Assembly: GCA_963808235.1 (NCBI GenBank)
Contig: CAWEEQ010000004.1
Coordinates: 1,440,001-1,504,000 of the forward strand
Direction of reading: 5' to 3'
Source of the DNA: an uncultured delta proteobacterium
GTDB lineage: Bacteria > Desulfobacterota > Binatia > Binatales > Binataceae
Length of the DNA stretch: 64,000 nucleotides
In this document: piece after piece, positions 28,158 to 37,555 of the stretch
Position numbering within the stretch: position 1 is the stretch's first letter
Layout: every line of letters starts with the position of its first letter
Program-made: the position numbers and the translations under genes
The notes under the pieces: model-generated
The model's database searches: none
Told to the model about the DNA's origin: nothing
What the model saw: the letters and a program-made list of their open reading frames with translations, nothing else

Positions 28158-31100
28158 CTAGTTCCTCGAGGATCGCCTTCGCGTCCTTCAGGTCGGCGGT
28201 GTCGAAGCCTTCGGTGAACCAGTTGTAGATTTCGGCGAGCATCGCGCGCGCCTCGTCGCCGTTGCCCTGCTTCGCGAGCAGCCGTGCGAGGCTCGTCGTC
28301 GCGCGCAGTTCGTATGCTTTCGAGCCGAAGCGCCGCGCCACCTCGATCGCTTCCCGGAAATTGGCAGATGCCTTAGTTTCGTCGCCACGCTTCAGATGCA
28401 ACTCGCCGCGGCACCACAGCACACCAGGCAAATGAAGCTGCTGTTCTCCAACCGCAGATAAGGCTTTCTCGATCGTTGCGAGCGCCTCTTCCAATTGACC
28501 CGCCCGCGCCTGCGCCTCGCTCCACACCCTCAGCGTTTCCGCGTTCGCTGGGAGACCGAGCGTCGCGGCGGAATCGAGTGCGGTGCGAATCAGCGCGACG
28601 CCTTCGTCAGGACGACCCTGCTCGGCCATCGCCCATCCGCGATAAAAGGAGCCGGAGGCCGCATACTGGGGGATTTGCAGTTCGCTCGCGAGAGTGAATA
28701 GGCGCTCGGCGACTTCGTGCGCGTGGGCAGGCTCGCGAAGGTACACGTAAAAGGCGCTTGCCCCTTGCAGCGCGAACGCCATATTTGAGGGCCTCTTCAA
28801 GCCCTCGGACAAAGCAATCGCCTCACGAATTTTCGCTTGCGCCTGATCGGCGCTCCCCAAGTGCCACAACGCCACGCCGATCCGCAACAGCGCCCCGACA
28901 TGAGGGTCCACCATGATGTACCCGGTGAAGTCGGTCTCGTTGTATGACGCGATCGCCGCCTCGAAATGTTGCATCGCTTGAGCCAGCTCGCCGCGAAACT
29001 GGAAGCAAATTCCCTGAAGGTGGTGGCCCAGGGTCAGGCCGTAGCGACTCCCGCTGCGCTGGGCGATCTCCAGCATTTGTTCGGCGATCTGCTGCGCGGC
29101 GGTCATGTCGCCCTGCTCAAGGGCCGGGCCCCAAGCGGCCCTCAGCGCGACTATGAGTTGCCCCGGATTGCCAGTCTTTTCGCCCAGCTCCCGCAAGCGT
29201 CTGCTCGCCCGCAAATTCTCACCCGCGCCCATGTGGCTTGTGAATGCGAGCACCTGCCAAAGCGCGTACTGGAGATTGAATTCGCGTCCTATGCGCTCGG
29301 GGGTCTCGGATGTAGTGCTCAGCGCGGCGATCGCCTGCCTGAAATGAAGCTCGGCTTCCTTAAGGGCGCCGCGCAACATTGCTTGCTGGCCCGCCCGGCC
29401 CAGATACTCGACCGCTTTTTCGGTGTTTGAGCTGCGACCGTAATGGTGCGCCAACTCGGCCAGGTGATCATCGATCTGGATCGAGGCCGGAGCTTCAATC
29501 GCTGCGCCGATCTTTTCGTGAAGCACCTTTCTACGCTCTACTAGCACCGATTGGTAGGCCACTTCCTGGGTCAACGCGTGTTTGAAGGTGTATTCGATAT
29601 CGCCGGCGGCCGGCTGTTCGTAGATGAACTCAGCAAGCTGTAGATCGCCGAGCATCCGGTTCAGTTCATCGTCAGGTTTCGCGACGGCACTCTTGATGAG
29701 ACCGAACGGGAATTCTTTGCCGATCACCGCGAGCGTCTGCAGCAAATCTTTCTCGTCTGGTGACAGACGATCGATGCGCGAGGCCAGAATCGCCTGTACC
29801 GTCGGCGGAATCTTCAACTCCGCCAGTGGCTTGACGAGCTTGATGCTCCCGTTGCGGACCAGCGCGCCCTCGTCGAACATCGCTTGCACCATCTCTTCCA
29901 TGAAGAACGGATTACCCTCGGTCTTCTCGATGATCAGGCGTTTGAGCGCGGCCAGATCTTTGCTTTCGCCAAGCATCGCCGAGAGCATCTCTTCGCCGCT
30001 CTCCGTGCGCAGCGGATCGAGGCGCAACTGTGTGTAGTAAGTCTTGTTGCCCCACTGATGCGTGTATTCGGGGCGGTAATTGACCAGCATCAGGATGCGG
30101 GCAGTGCCGATCGAGTCGGCAAGCAGGTTCAGCAGCGCCTGCGTTTCACCGTCGATCCAGTGGAGGTCCTCGAAGATCACCATCAGTGGCTGGTTGAGCG
30201 ACTCGCGAATCAGAATGCGCTTGATCGCGTCGAGCGTGCGCCGCTTCCTAATCTGCGCATCCATCTGTGCGAGAGGATCCTTCTTTTGCACTTCGTGCAG
30301 ATACTCGTCCAGGCGATCCAGGCTTTGCTCCCAATTGCGCCGATCGTGCTCGCCGCCCTCGACGATTCCCAACAGCGAAAACAGATACGGCCGTGTCTCC
30401 TCCAGCGACGGATCCAGGATTGCGAGCCGCCCCGCAACCTTCTCGCGCCGGGTGCGTTCGTCGTCGTCGGAAGTGATCTTGAAATAGTTCCAGAGCAGCT
30501 CGATCACCGGCATGTAGGCTGAAGCCTTGCCGTGCGAGACCGAGAACGTCTCCAGCACCATCCAGCCGGACTGCGAAACGGCTTTGAACTCGAAGAACAG
30601 CCGCGACTTGCCGACCCCCGGCTCCGCCATCGCCGCGACGATCTGCCCGTGCCCGGCTCTGGCCTCCTCGGCCGCGGTCTTCATCGCATCGATCTCGCGA
30701 TTGCGACCGACAAACTTCGTCAGGCCGCGCCCCGCCGAGCGTTGTAGGCGCGTACGCAAGAGGCCAAGACCGGTGACTTCGAAGACATCAACCGGACTGC
30801 TGACGCCTTTGATCCGCGCCTGCCCAAGCGGCTTGAGCGCGAAGTAACCTTCGACCAGGTTGCGCACGGGCTCGCTGATGGCGATCGACCCCGGCGCGGC
30901 TAGCGCCTGCAGCCGCGACGCAAGGCTGGTCGAGTGCCCGATCGGGGTGTACTCAGTGTGCGCCTCGTCGGTCTTGATCAAGCGAACCACGACTTCGCCG
31001 GTGTTCACGCCGACGCGGACTTGCAGATTCACTCCTTTTTCCGCGCGCAGCTTCTCGGCGTAGCGCTTGACGTCCTCCTGCATGCGGAGCGCCGCGAACA

Positions 31101-31572
31101 AGGCGCGCTGCGGATGGTCCTCGTGCGCAATCGGCGCACCGAAGATCGCGAAGATGCCGTCGCCAGTCGATTGCACGATGTACCCGCCGTAGCGATGCGC
31201 CCCGTCGATCATCAACTTCAACGCCGGATCGACAATCGCGCGCGCCTCTTCGGGATCGAGGCCCTCCAGCAGATCCATCGAACCCTTGATGTCCGCGAAC
31301 AGCGCGGTGACAGTCTTGCGCTCACCATCGATCGCTGTTGAAGAATCTGAATCCTTCCGCGCAACCCGAATCGTGGGCGCCGTTGATATCGGAGGCGAAT
31401 CGCCGGCAGCCCGTTCGCTGACGGCTAGTGCGGCGCCGCAATCTCCGCAGAATCTTGATGCGGGCGCATTCTCAGCGGCACATTTTGGACAATGAATCGC
31501 CAGCCCGCTGCCGCATTGGGAGCAGAATTTCCTGGCTCCGGGGTTTTCCGTGCCGCACTTCGAACAGCGCAT
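28141..31572 (-). CDS. Double zinc ribbon - class III nucleotide cyclase - STAND/AAA ATPase - TPR protein (copy 2)
   Basis: MRCSKC start, LFADIKGS, AEPGVGKS, FEDLHW, C-terminal WFTEGFDTADL. Confidence 0.93.
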   Translation of the reverse strand: MRCSKCGTENPGARKFCSQCGSGLAIHCPKCAAENAPASRFCGDCGAALAVSERAAGDSPPISTAPTIRVARKDSDSSTAIDGERKTVTALFADIKGSMDLLEGLDPEEARAIVDPALKLMIDGAHRYGGYIVQSTGDGIFAIFGAPIAHEDHPQRALFAALRMQEDVKRYAEKLRAEKGVNLQVRVGVNTGEVVVRLIKTDEAHTEYTPIGHSTSLASRLQALAAPGSIAISEPVRNLVEGYFALKPLGQARIKGVSSPVDVFEVTGLGLLRTRLQRSAGRGLTKFVGRNREIDAMKTAAEEARAGHGQIVAAMAEPGVGKSRLFFEFKAVSQSGWMVLETFSVSHGKASAYMPVIELLWNYFKITSDDDERTRREKVAGRLAILDPSLEETRPYLFSLLGIVEGGEHDRRNWEQSLDRLDEYLHEVQKKDPLAQMDAQIRKRRTLDAIKRILIRESLNQPLMVIFEDLHWIDGETQALLNLLADSIGTARILMLVNYRPEYTHQWGNKTYYTQLRLDPLRTESGEEMLSAMLGESKDLAALKRLIIEKTEGNPFFMEEMVQAMFDEGALVRNGSIKLVKPLAELKIPPTVQAILASRIDRLSPDEKDLLQTLAVIGKEFPFGLIKSAVAKPDDELNRMLGDLQLAEFIYEQPAAGDIEYTFKHALTQEVAYQSVLVERRKVLHEKIGAAIEAPASIQIDDHLAELAHHYGRSSNTEKAVEYLGRAGQQAMLRGALKEAELHFRQAIAALSTTSETPERIGREFNLQYALWQVLAFTSHMGAGENLRASRRLRELGEKTGNPGQLIVALRAAWGPALEQGDMTAAQQIAEQMLEIAQRSGSRYGLTLGHHLQGICFQFRGELAQAMQHFEAAIASYNETDFTGYIMVDPHVGALLRIGVALWHLGSADQAQAKIREAIALSEGLKRPSNMAFALQGASAFYVYLREPAHAHEVAERLFTLASELQIPQYAASGSFYRGWAMAEQGRPDEGVALIRTALDSAATLGLPANAETLRVWSEAQARAGQLEEALATIEKALSAVGEQQLHLPGVLWCRGELHLKRGDETKASANFREAIEVARRFGSKAYELRATTSLARLLAKQGNGDEARAMLAEIYNWFTEGFDTADLKDAKAILEELGDQRG

Positions 31573-31680
31573 CGAATGCTCAGCTATCTGGTGAATCGAC
31601 CTTCTTGTATCATCCAGCCTCGGGTTCAAACCAGCATGCTGCGTTGACAACCGCCGTTCCGGCCCACAAAATCTCGTGCG

Positions 31681-32136
31681 ATGGATCTTATTTTGACCAA
31701 GTACCGATTCGCGAGGCTCGCGACACTAGCCCTGCTGCTCGTATGCGCGGGATGCGGCGTCGCCTACCAGGCCGGCACCCGAATCAAGGCGACCCGGATG
31801 TCCGATTCGCTCAAGGTCGGCGAGCCGTCGCCCGAGGTCCATCACTCATGGGGCGAGCCCGATTTGCGCCAATATCTGCCCGCGGACACCGAGGTCTGGA
31901 GTTATCCTTATAAGCCCAACAGCAACGACATTACGGCGGCGCTCCTCTATACCTCGTCCAAGGACGGGGACAAGGGAACCTTCCTCGATTTGAAGTTTGT
32001 TGGGGGCAAGCTCGTCTCATGGCAGGAGGCAGAGCACACGATGCCGGCAAAGGGGCACACCGGCATCAGCATGGGGGTCGGCGGCGGGCCGATAGGCAAT
32101 GGCACTCAGACGCAGCCTGGGGCGGTCCACTACTAG
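31681..32136 (+). CDS. Lipoprotein, SmpA/OmlA (BamE)-like fold
   Basis: Lipobox CAGC; LKVG...V...WGEPD...EVWSY pattern. Confidence 0.7.
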   Translation: MDLILTKYRFARLATLALLLVCAGCGVAYQAGTRIKATRMSDSLKVGEPSPEVHHSWGEPDLRQYLPADTEVWSYPYKPNSNDITAALLYTSSKDGDKGTFLDLKFVGGKLVSWQEAEHTMPAKGHTGISMGVGGGPIGNGTQTQPGAVHY

Positions 32137-32348
32137 TCGAAGTTGCGGTAGTGACGCGGCGGCGTGGCTGATGGGACGAGCATATTGCATGTAGCTCGAA
32201 CCATCGTGTCTAATTGAGCCATAACGACTTGACCGGGGCGAAAACGGGGCGGTTTTGGGGTAGAGTCTTCGATGGGGTGTCTTCTAAATATGACTGGAAA
32301 TGACCTGATGCGGTCTGGCTTCGGGCGTGGAGAATTCGCACTCGCCTG

Positions 32349-34064
32349 ATGGCAACCGCGAGCAAAAATTTCGAGGCTATCCTGCTCGACCGCTCATGGG
32401 TCTCGGAGCAGGATCTCGACAAAGCGCGGCAGCGCAAGAAGCCCGGCCAGGAGCTTGCCGACGTGCTGGTCGAGATGGGTGCGCTCGAGCCGCAGCGGCT
32501 TGCCCGCGCGCTCGCGCAGGAATACCACCTGCCGTTCCAGGCTCATATCGACGAGAACTCACTCGACTCCACGCTGGTCTCCAAGATTCCGATCAACTAC
32601 GCGAAGAAGAACCGTCTGCTGCCGCTTTCGAGCGTTGACGGCGCGGTGACGGTTGCGATCGCCGATCCCGCCAATTACGAACCGCTCGACGACTTGCGCC
32701 TGCTCTACGGCGCGCAGATACATCCGCTGGTCGCGCCCGCGGAGGTAATTGCGGAGGCTATCAATCGCGCCTACGACCAGGCTTCGGCAACGTCGGCCGA
32801 AGACCTGATGATCGATCTCGAAGAGGAGCGTCTCGACGTGGTCGCGAGCGAACTCGCATCGGAGCCGACCGACCTGCTCGAGTCCGACGACTCCGCGCCG
32901 ATCATCAAGCTGGTGAACGGAGTCCTGTCGCAAGCAGTCAAGGATCGCGCCAGTGACATCCACGTAGAAGTCTTCGAAAAGGAATTGGTGATTCGCTTCC
33001 GCGTCGACGGGATGCTGTACGACGTGCTGTCGCCGCCCAAGCGCTTTCAGCCGGCGATCACGTCGCGCGTCAAAGTCATGGCGGGGCTTAATATCGCGGA
33101 GAAACGCCTGCCTCAGGACGGTAGAATTCGGCTGCGCATCGCGGGCCGCGATATCGATCTGCGCGTCTCTTCGATTCCGACCAACTTCGGCGAGCGCATC
33201 GTGCTCCGCCTCCTCGATCGCGCGCAGGCCGCCGACGTTGTGAATCTCGATCACCTGGGTTTTTCCGGCGACAACCTCCAGCGCCTCGATCGCCTGATTC
33301 GCCAAAGTCACGGCATCATCCTGGCGACCGGGCCGACCGGGTCGGGCAAATCGACCACGCTCTACGCGTGTCTCAGCCGCATCAACTCGCCCGAGAAGAA
33401 CATCATCACGATTGAGGATCCGATCGAATACCAGCTCCGCGGCGTTGGCCAGATGCAGGTGAATCCGAAGATCGATCTGACCTTTGCGAGCGCGCTGCGC
33501 TCGATTCTGCGCCAGGACCCGGACGTGATCATGGTCGGCGAAATCCGCGACAAGGAAACCGCCGAGATTGCGATCACCGCCGCGCTCACCGGCCATCTTG
33601 TCTTCTCGACCATCCACACCAACGATTCGTTTGGCGCGGTGACCCGCCTGGTTGACATGGGAATCGAGCCGTTCCTGGTCTCGTCGTCGATTCTCGCGGT
33701 GCTCGCGCAGCGCCTGGTCCGCAAGCTATGTCCCGATTGCCGCGAACCGTTCCAGCCGACCGACCAGGAACTCGCGCGAATTGGGCTCAAGCCCGATAAC
33801 TTGACCGCGAAGATCTGCCGGCCCAAGGGATGCCGCAATTGCCGCAACACCGGTTATCGCGGCCGAATGGCGGTGCAGGAACTCATGATCATGGACGATG
33901 ATATCCGCGCGCTGGTCATGCAGAACGCCGACGCCGCGATGCTCCGCCGCCAGTGCACCTCCCACGGCATGACGCTGCTGCGCCAGGACGGCGCGGCGCG
34001 CGTGCTGCGCGGGGAAACTTCGATCGAAGAACTGCTCCGCGTAACCCAGGAAGACATCGACTAG
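32349..34064 (+). CDS. gspE: Type II secretion ATPase
   Basis: ASDIH, AEKRLPQDG, GPTGSGKS, EDPIE, LRQDPD, TGHLVFST, Cys4 motif. Confidence 0.95.
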   Translation: MATASKNFEAILLDRSWVSEQDLDKARQRKKPGQELADVLVEMGALEPQRLARALAQEYHLPFQAHIDENSLDSTLVSKIPINYAKKNRLLPLSSVDGAVTVAIADPANYEPLDDLRLLYGAQIHPLVAPAEVIAEAINRAYDQASATSAEDLMIDLEEERLDVVASELASEPTDLLESDDSAPIIKLVNGVLSQAVKDRASDIHVEVFEKELVIRFRVDGMLYDVLSPPKRFQPAITSRVKVMAGLNIAEKRLPQDGRIRLRIAGRDIDLRVSSIPTNFGERIVLRLLDRAQAADVVNLDHLGFSGDNLQRLDRLIRQSHGIILATGPTGSGKSTTLYACLSRINSPEKNIITIEDPIEYQLRGVGQMQVNPKIDLTFASALRSILRQDPDVIMVGEIRDKETAEIAITAALTGHLVFSTIHTNDSFGAVTRLVDMGIEPFLVSSSILAVLAQRLVRKLCPDCREPFQPTDQELARIGLKPDNLTAKICRPKGCRNCRNTGYRGRMAVQELMIMDDDIRALVMQNADAAMLRRQCTSHGMTLLRQDGAARVLRGETSIEELLRVTQEDID

Positions 34065-34090
34065 CCGCACCGTCGGGTATTGATTAACGG

Positions 34091-35320
34091 ATGCCGGTTT
34101 TTGCTTATCGAGGACTCGATGCCGGCGGACGCGCCGTCAAGGGCGTAGTCGACGCCGATAGCGCGCGCACCGCACGCGCCAAGCTGCGCGCGTCGGGATT
34201 TTTTCCCACCGACCTGAACGAAGAGTCGAACGCCGCCGAACGAGAAGTGGCCAGGAAAGAATGGTTGCCGTCGTTGTGGCGGCGCAAGATGCCGGCCTCG
34301 GATCTCGCGCTGATGACCCGGCAGTTAAGCGCGCTGCTGGGCGCAGGCGTGCAGCTGGTCGAGGCGCTCGGCGCGCTCAGCGATCAGTCCGCGCGCGCGC
34401 AGACCAAGAAGATGCTCTCCCAGGTGCGCGAGCGGGTCCGCGAGGGATCGTCGCTTGCCGACGCGCTCACCGCTCATCGCGACATCTTCTCCGATCTTTA
34501 CATCGGGATGGTCCGCGCGGGCGAGCAGGCAGCCGCCCTTGAAGCGGTGCTCGATCGCCTTGCCGAGTACAGCGAGCGCCAAGCTGAATTTACCACCAAG
34601 GTCCGCGGCGCTCTGACCTATCCGATCATCATGATGTGCGTCGGCACCGGAATCATGGCGTTCCTGGTCGCTTACGTAGTTCCGCAGGTCGCGACTATTT
34701 TCGAGCAACAGCATGCGGCGCTTCCACTCGCGACCAGAATCCTGCTCACGTTTTCCGCGCTGGTCACCACCTACTGGCTGCCGATGGGCCTGTTGCTGGT
34801 CGCGATGGTTGCGGGATTCACCGGCGCGATGGCGACTCCGCGCGGCCGGCGCATCTATGACACCGCGATTCTCAAGGTGTACTACATCGGTCCAACCATC
34901 ATTCGAATTATCTGCGCGCGATTCGCGCGCACGCTCGCCACGCTGCTCTCGAGCGGCGTTCAGCTTCTCCCGGCGCTCGACGCGGTCAAGGGCGTGGTGA
35001 CCAACGGGCTGATGAAGGACGCCGTCGAAGAGAGCCGCGAAAGTATCCGCGAGGGCCATGGCATGGGCGACACCCTGTCGAAGAGCGGGCTCTTTCCGCC
35101 GCTCCTTATCGCGATGATCAAGGTTGGCGAGCGCTCCGGCGATCTCGAGCGGATGCTCGAGCGGGTTGCCGACAACTATGAGCATGAAGTTGCGCACTCG
35201 CTAAGCCAGATGACCACCGTGCTCGAACCCTTGATGACGCTGGCGATGGCCGCTGTTATCGTGTTCATGATGCTGGCGGTGTTGATGCCAATCTTCCAGT
35301 TGAACCAGTTGATGCAGTGA
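34091..35320 (+). CDS. gspF: Type II secretion inner membrane platform protein
   Basis: TRQLSALL, REGSSLADAL, ALTYP, GERSG and LEPL motifs. Confidence 0.95.
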   Translation: MPVFAYRGLDAGGRAVKGVVDADSARTARAKLRASGFFPTDLNEESNAAEREVARKEWLPSLWRRKMPASDLALMTRQLSALLGAGVQLVEALGALSDQSARAQTKKMLSQVRERVREGSSLADALTAHRDIFSDLYIGMVRAGEQAAALEAVLDRLAEYSERQAEFTTKVRGALTYPIIMMCVGTGIMAFLVAYVVPQVATIFEQQHAALPLATRILLTFSALVTTYWLPMGLLLVAMVAGFTGAMATPRGRRIYDTAILKVYYIGPTIIRIICARFARTLATLLSSGVQLLPALDAVKGVVTNGLMKDAVEESRESIREGHGMGDTLSKSGLFPPLLIAMIKVGERSGDLERMLERVADNYEHEVAHSLSQMTTVLEPLMTLAMAAVIVFMMLAVLMPIFQLNQLMQ

Positions 35321-35383
35321 ACCGTGAAAAGTGAAAAGTGAAAAGTAAAATTTGAAGAAGTGAAGGCGTGAAAAAATGAAAAA
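35317..35383 (+). repeat. Heptamer tandem repeat (GTGAAAA)n between gspF and gspG
   Basis: GTGAACC GTGAAAA GTGAAAA GTGAAAA GTAAAAT followed by degenerate units. Confidence 0.8.
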
Positions 35384-35402
35384 TGTGCGGGAGGAAACCG
35401 CG

Positions 35403-35822
35403 ATGAAATCGCGCCGATACAATCAGGATGGCTTCACCCTGATTGAAATCATGGTGGTCATCCTTATCCTTGGCCTGCTCGCTACCATCGTCGTCCAGAG
35501 CTTGCGCGGCGCCGCCGACAAGGCGAAAAAGACCAAGGCACAGGCCGACCTCGCCGAGATCAAAACCGCGCTCGACCGCTACTACCTCGACAACGGCTAC
35601 TACCCATCCACCGATCAAGGTCTCAACGCGCTGGTCTCTCCGCCGACCAACGGCCGCATCCCGGCCAACTATGAAAGCGGCGGGTACATCGAGCGCCTTC
35701 CGCAAGACCCGTGGGGAACTGCCTACTTCTACCAGAGCGACGGTAACGCCTACGTGCTGAAGTCGTTCGGTCCGGACGGAGTCGAGAGCAGTGACGATAT
35801 AGATGCGAGCCAGTCGTCTTGA
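35403..35822 (+). CDS. gspG: Major pseudopilin
   Basis: GFTLIEIMVV, YYLDNGYYPSTDQGL, DPWG and SFGPDG motifs; GGAGG SD. Confidence 0.96.
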   Translation: MKSRRYNQDGFTLIEIMVVILILGLLATIVVQSLRGAADKAKKTKAQADLAEIKTALDRYYLDNGYYPSTDQGLNALVSPPTNGRIPANYESGGYIERLPQDPWGTAYFYQSDGNAYVLKSFGPDGVESSDDIDASQSS

Positions 35823-35829
35823 CCGTGAA

Positions 35830-36420
35830 ATGAACTTTCGGCCCGCGCAGCCACGACCCGGCGCAGGACCGAGTGCGCGCGCGTCGGGTCAGGGCACCCG
35901 CTCGTTCTCGAAACTCGCGGCGCCGGGCTTCACTCTGCTCGAACTTGCGATCGTGATCTTCATCATGGGCCTGATGCTGACCCTGACGATGCCCTACCTG
36001 GGCGGCTTCCGCCACGCGCAGCTTCGCAGCGAGGCGCGCCGCCTCGCCGGCCGCGCGACCTTCATGTTCGACGAGGCCGCCGGCCACAAGCTCGTGTTGC
36101 GGCTCATCTTCGATCTCGACAACAACGGCTACGCAGTCGCGCGACTCGATCCCTATGCGGTCCAGCCGGTCTTCGCCGCCGATACCACTCCGTCCTCGCG
36201 CCCAATCATGTTGCCCTCCACGATTCGCATCCGCGATATCACCGTGGAAGGTATCGGCACTGTCAATCGCGGCGTCGTTGCCTGCAATTTTTATCCGGAG
36301 GGATACGTGGACGCGACCGTGGTGCATCTCGAAGACGCGTCGGGCGACGTGATGACGCTCAGCTTCACGCCGCTGACCGGCCAGGTCGCGATAGTCGACG
36401 GCGACGTGGGAATCCCGTGA
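35830..36420 (+). CDS. gspH: Minor pseudopilin H
   Basis: GFTLLE N-methylation motif, FYPEG, operon position. Confidence 0.82.
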   Translation: MNFRPAQPRPGAGPSARASGQGTRSFSKLAAPGFTLLELAIVIFIMGLMLTLTMPYLGGFRHAQLRSEARRLAGRATFMFDEAAGHKLVLRLIFDLDNNGYAVARLDPYAVQPVFAADTTPSSRPIMLPSTIRIRDITVEGIGTVNRGVVACNFYPEGYVDATVVHLEDASGDVMTLSFTPLTGQVAIVDGDVGIP

Positions 36421-36863
36421 TAGCTGCTACCATGAACAGATCGATGAACATCGTCAGCAAACGCGCCCGTGGCTTCACCCTGCTTGAAGTGATGATCGCG
36501 ATCGCGATCCTCGGAACCGCACTCGCCGGCCTGCTCGGACTGCATCATCAGAGTCTGCAATCGGTCATTCGGTCGCAGGATATGACCCGGGCCTCGATGC
36601 TCGCGCAGGCGGTGATGACCGAGGCGGAGCTCGAGCGTTTTCCGGACCCCGGAACTACCACCGGCGATTTCCAGGCGTCGTTCCCGGGCCAGTTCCGGGA
36701 TTTTCAATGGCAACGAGTAGTCGAAGTCTCGGCTAACTTCCCCGACGTGCGCGAAGTCAAAGTGATGGTTCGCTACGGCCCGAAACTGAGCGGCTCCTTC
36801 GTGCTGGTCGAGTTTCTGCACTCGCCGATTCCACCCGATGAGAACTCAGGCCAGATCCCATGA
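36417..36863 (+). CDS. gspI: Minor pseudopilin I
   Basis: GFTLLEVMIA, short length, operon position; start could be 36432 or 36444. Confidence 0.82.
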   Translation: MIAATMNRSMNIVSKRARGFTLLEVMIAIAILGTALAGLLGLHHQSLQSVIRSQDMTRASMLAQAVMTEAELERFPDPGTTTGDFQASFPGQFRDFQWQRVVEVSANFPDVREVKVMVRYGPKLSGSFVLVEFLHSPIPPDENSGQIP

Positions 36864-37555
36864 CGAGTCGAAGAAATTCCTACGCCTCTCCCCTCGCTAC
36901 AGATCGGCGCATATCCACACTCGCTCGCGGCTTCACCCTGATCGAAATGATGCTCGCGATTGGCGTGCTCGCCCTTATTCTCGCGATGCTCGCGAGCTCG
37001 TTCAGCGCGGTGGCGCATAGCAAAGTACATGGCGAAGGACGCCTGCTCGTCGATCGCGAAGGCCGCGCACTGCTGTGGCAGATGAGCAGGGAAATCCGCA
37101 ACGCCGTGCAGACGCCGGTCTCGCCCAGTCACGTCATTCTGATCGGTGGCGGACATGCCGGGAGCAACGGCCCAATCGATTCGATCACCATGTCCACCCT
37201 CGACGCGGGGCATCGCCGGGCGCTGACCGGGCTCGCGCCGGAATTTATTGTCACCTACAACATTGTGTCGAATCCCGACCAGCACGGATGGTACCTCCTC
37301 CAGCGCTCCCAACAGAGCGGCTTGATGGCCGGCGGCGCAGGCCAGGCTACGGTACTGGCCGACAACCTGCTCTCGATGCATCTGCGCTACTTCGACGGCG
37401 ACCGCTGGTCCGAGACTTGGGATTCGACCAGTGCGCAACCGGGACGCCAATTGCCGGTGGCGGTGGCTATTCAGATTCAGATGGCGGCGCCGGGCGGCCA
37501 CGCAATGGACTTCGCGACCCAAGTCACAGTGCCGATGGCGATAGCACAGTGGTAA
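36860..37555 (+). CDS. gspJ: Minor pseudopilin J
   Basis: GFTLIE; LRYFDGDRWSETWDS...LPVAV motif. Confidence 0.88.
   Translation: MTSRRNSYASPLATDRRISTLARGFTLIEMMLAIGVLALILAMLASSFSAVAHSKVHGEGRLLVDREGRALLWQMSREIRNAVQTPVSPSHVILIGGGHAGSNGPIDSITMSTLDAGHRRALTGLAPEFIVTYNIVSNPDQHGWYLLQRSQQSGLMAGGAGQATVLADNLLSMHLRYFDGDRWSETWDSTSAQPGRQLPVAVAIQIQMAAPGGHAMDFATQVTVPMAIAQW

Noticed and set aside
24558-31572. Pycsar, CBASS or Avs defence system call
   Set aside because: No cyclic-nucleotide-binding effector or defence-island context; this architecture is a common expanded signalling family
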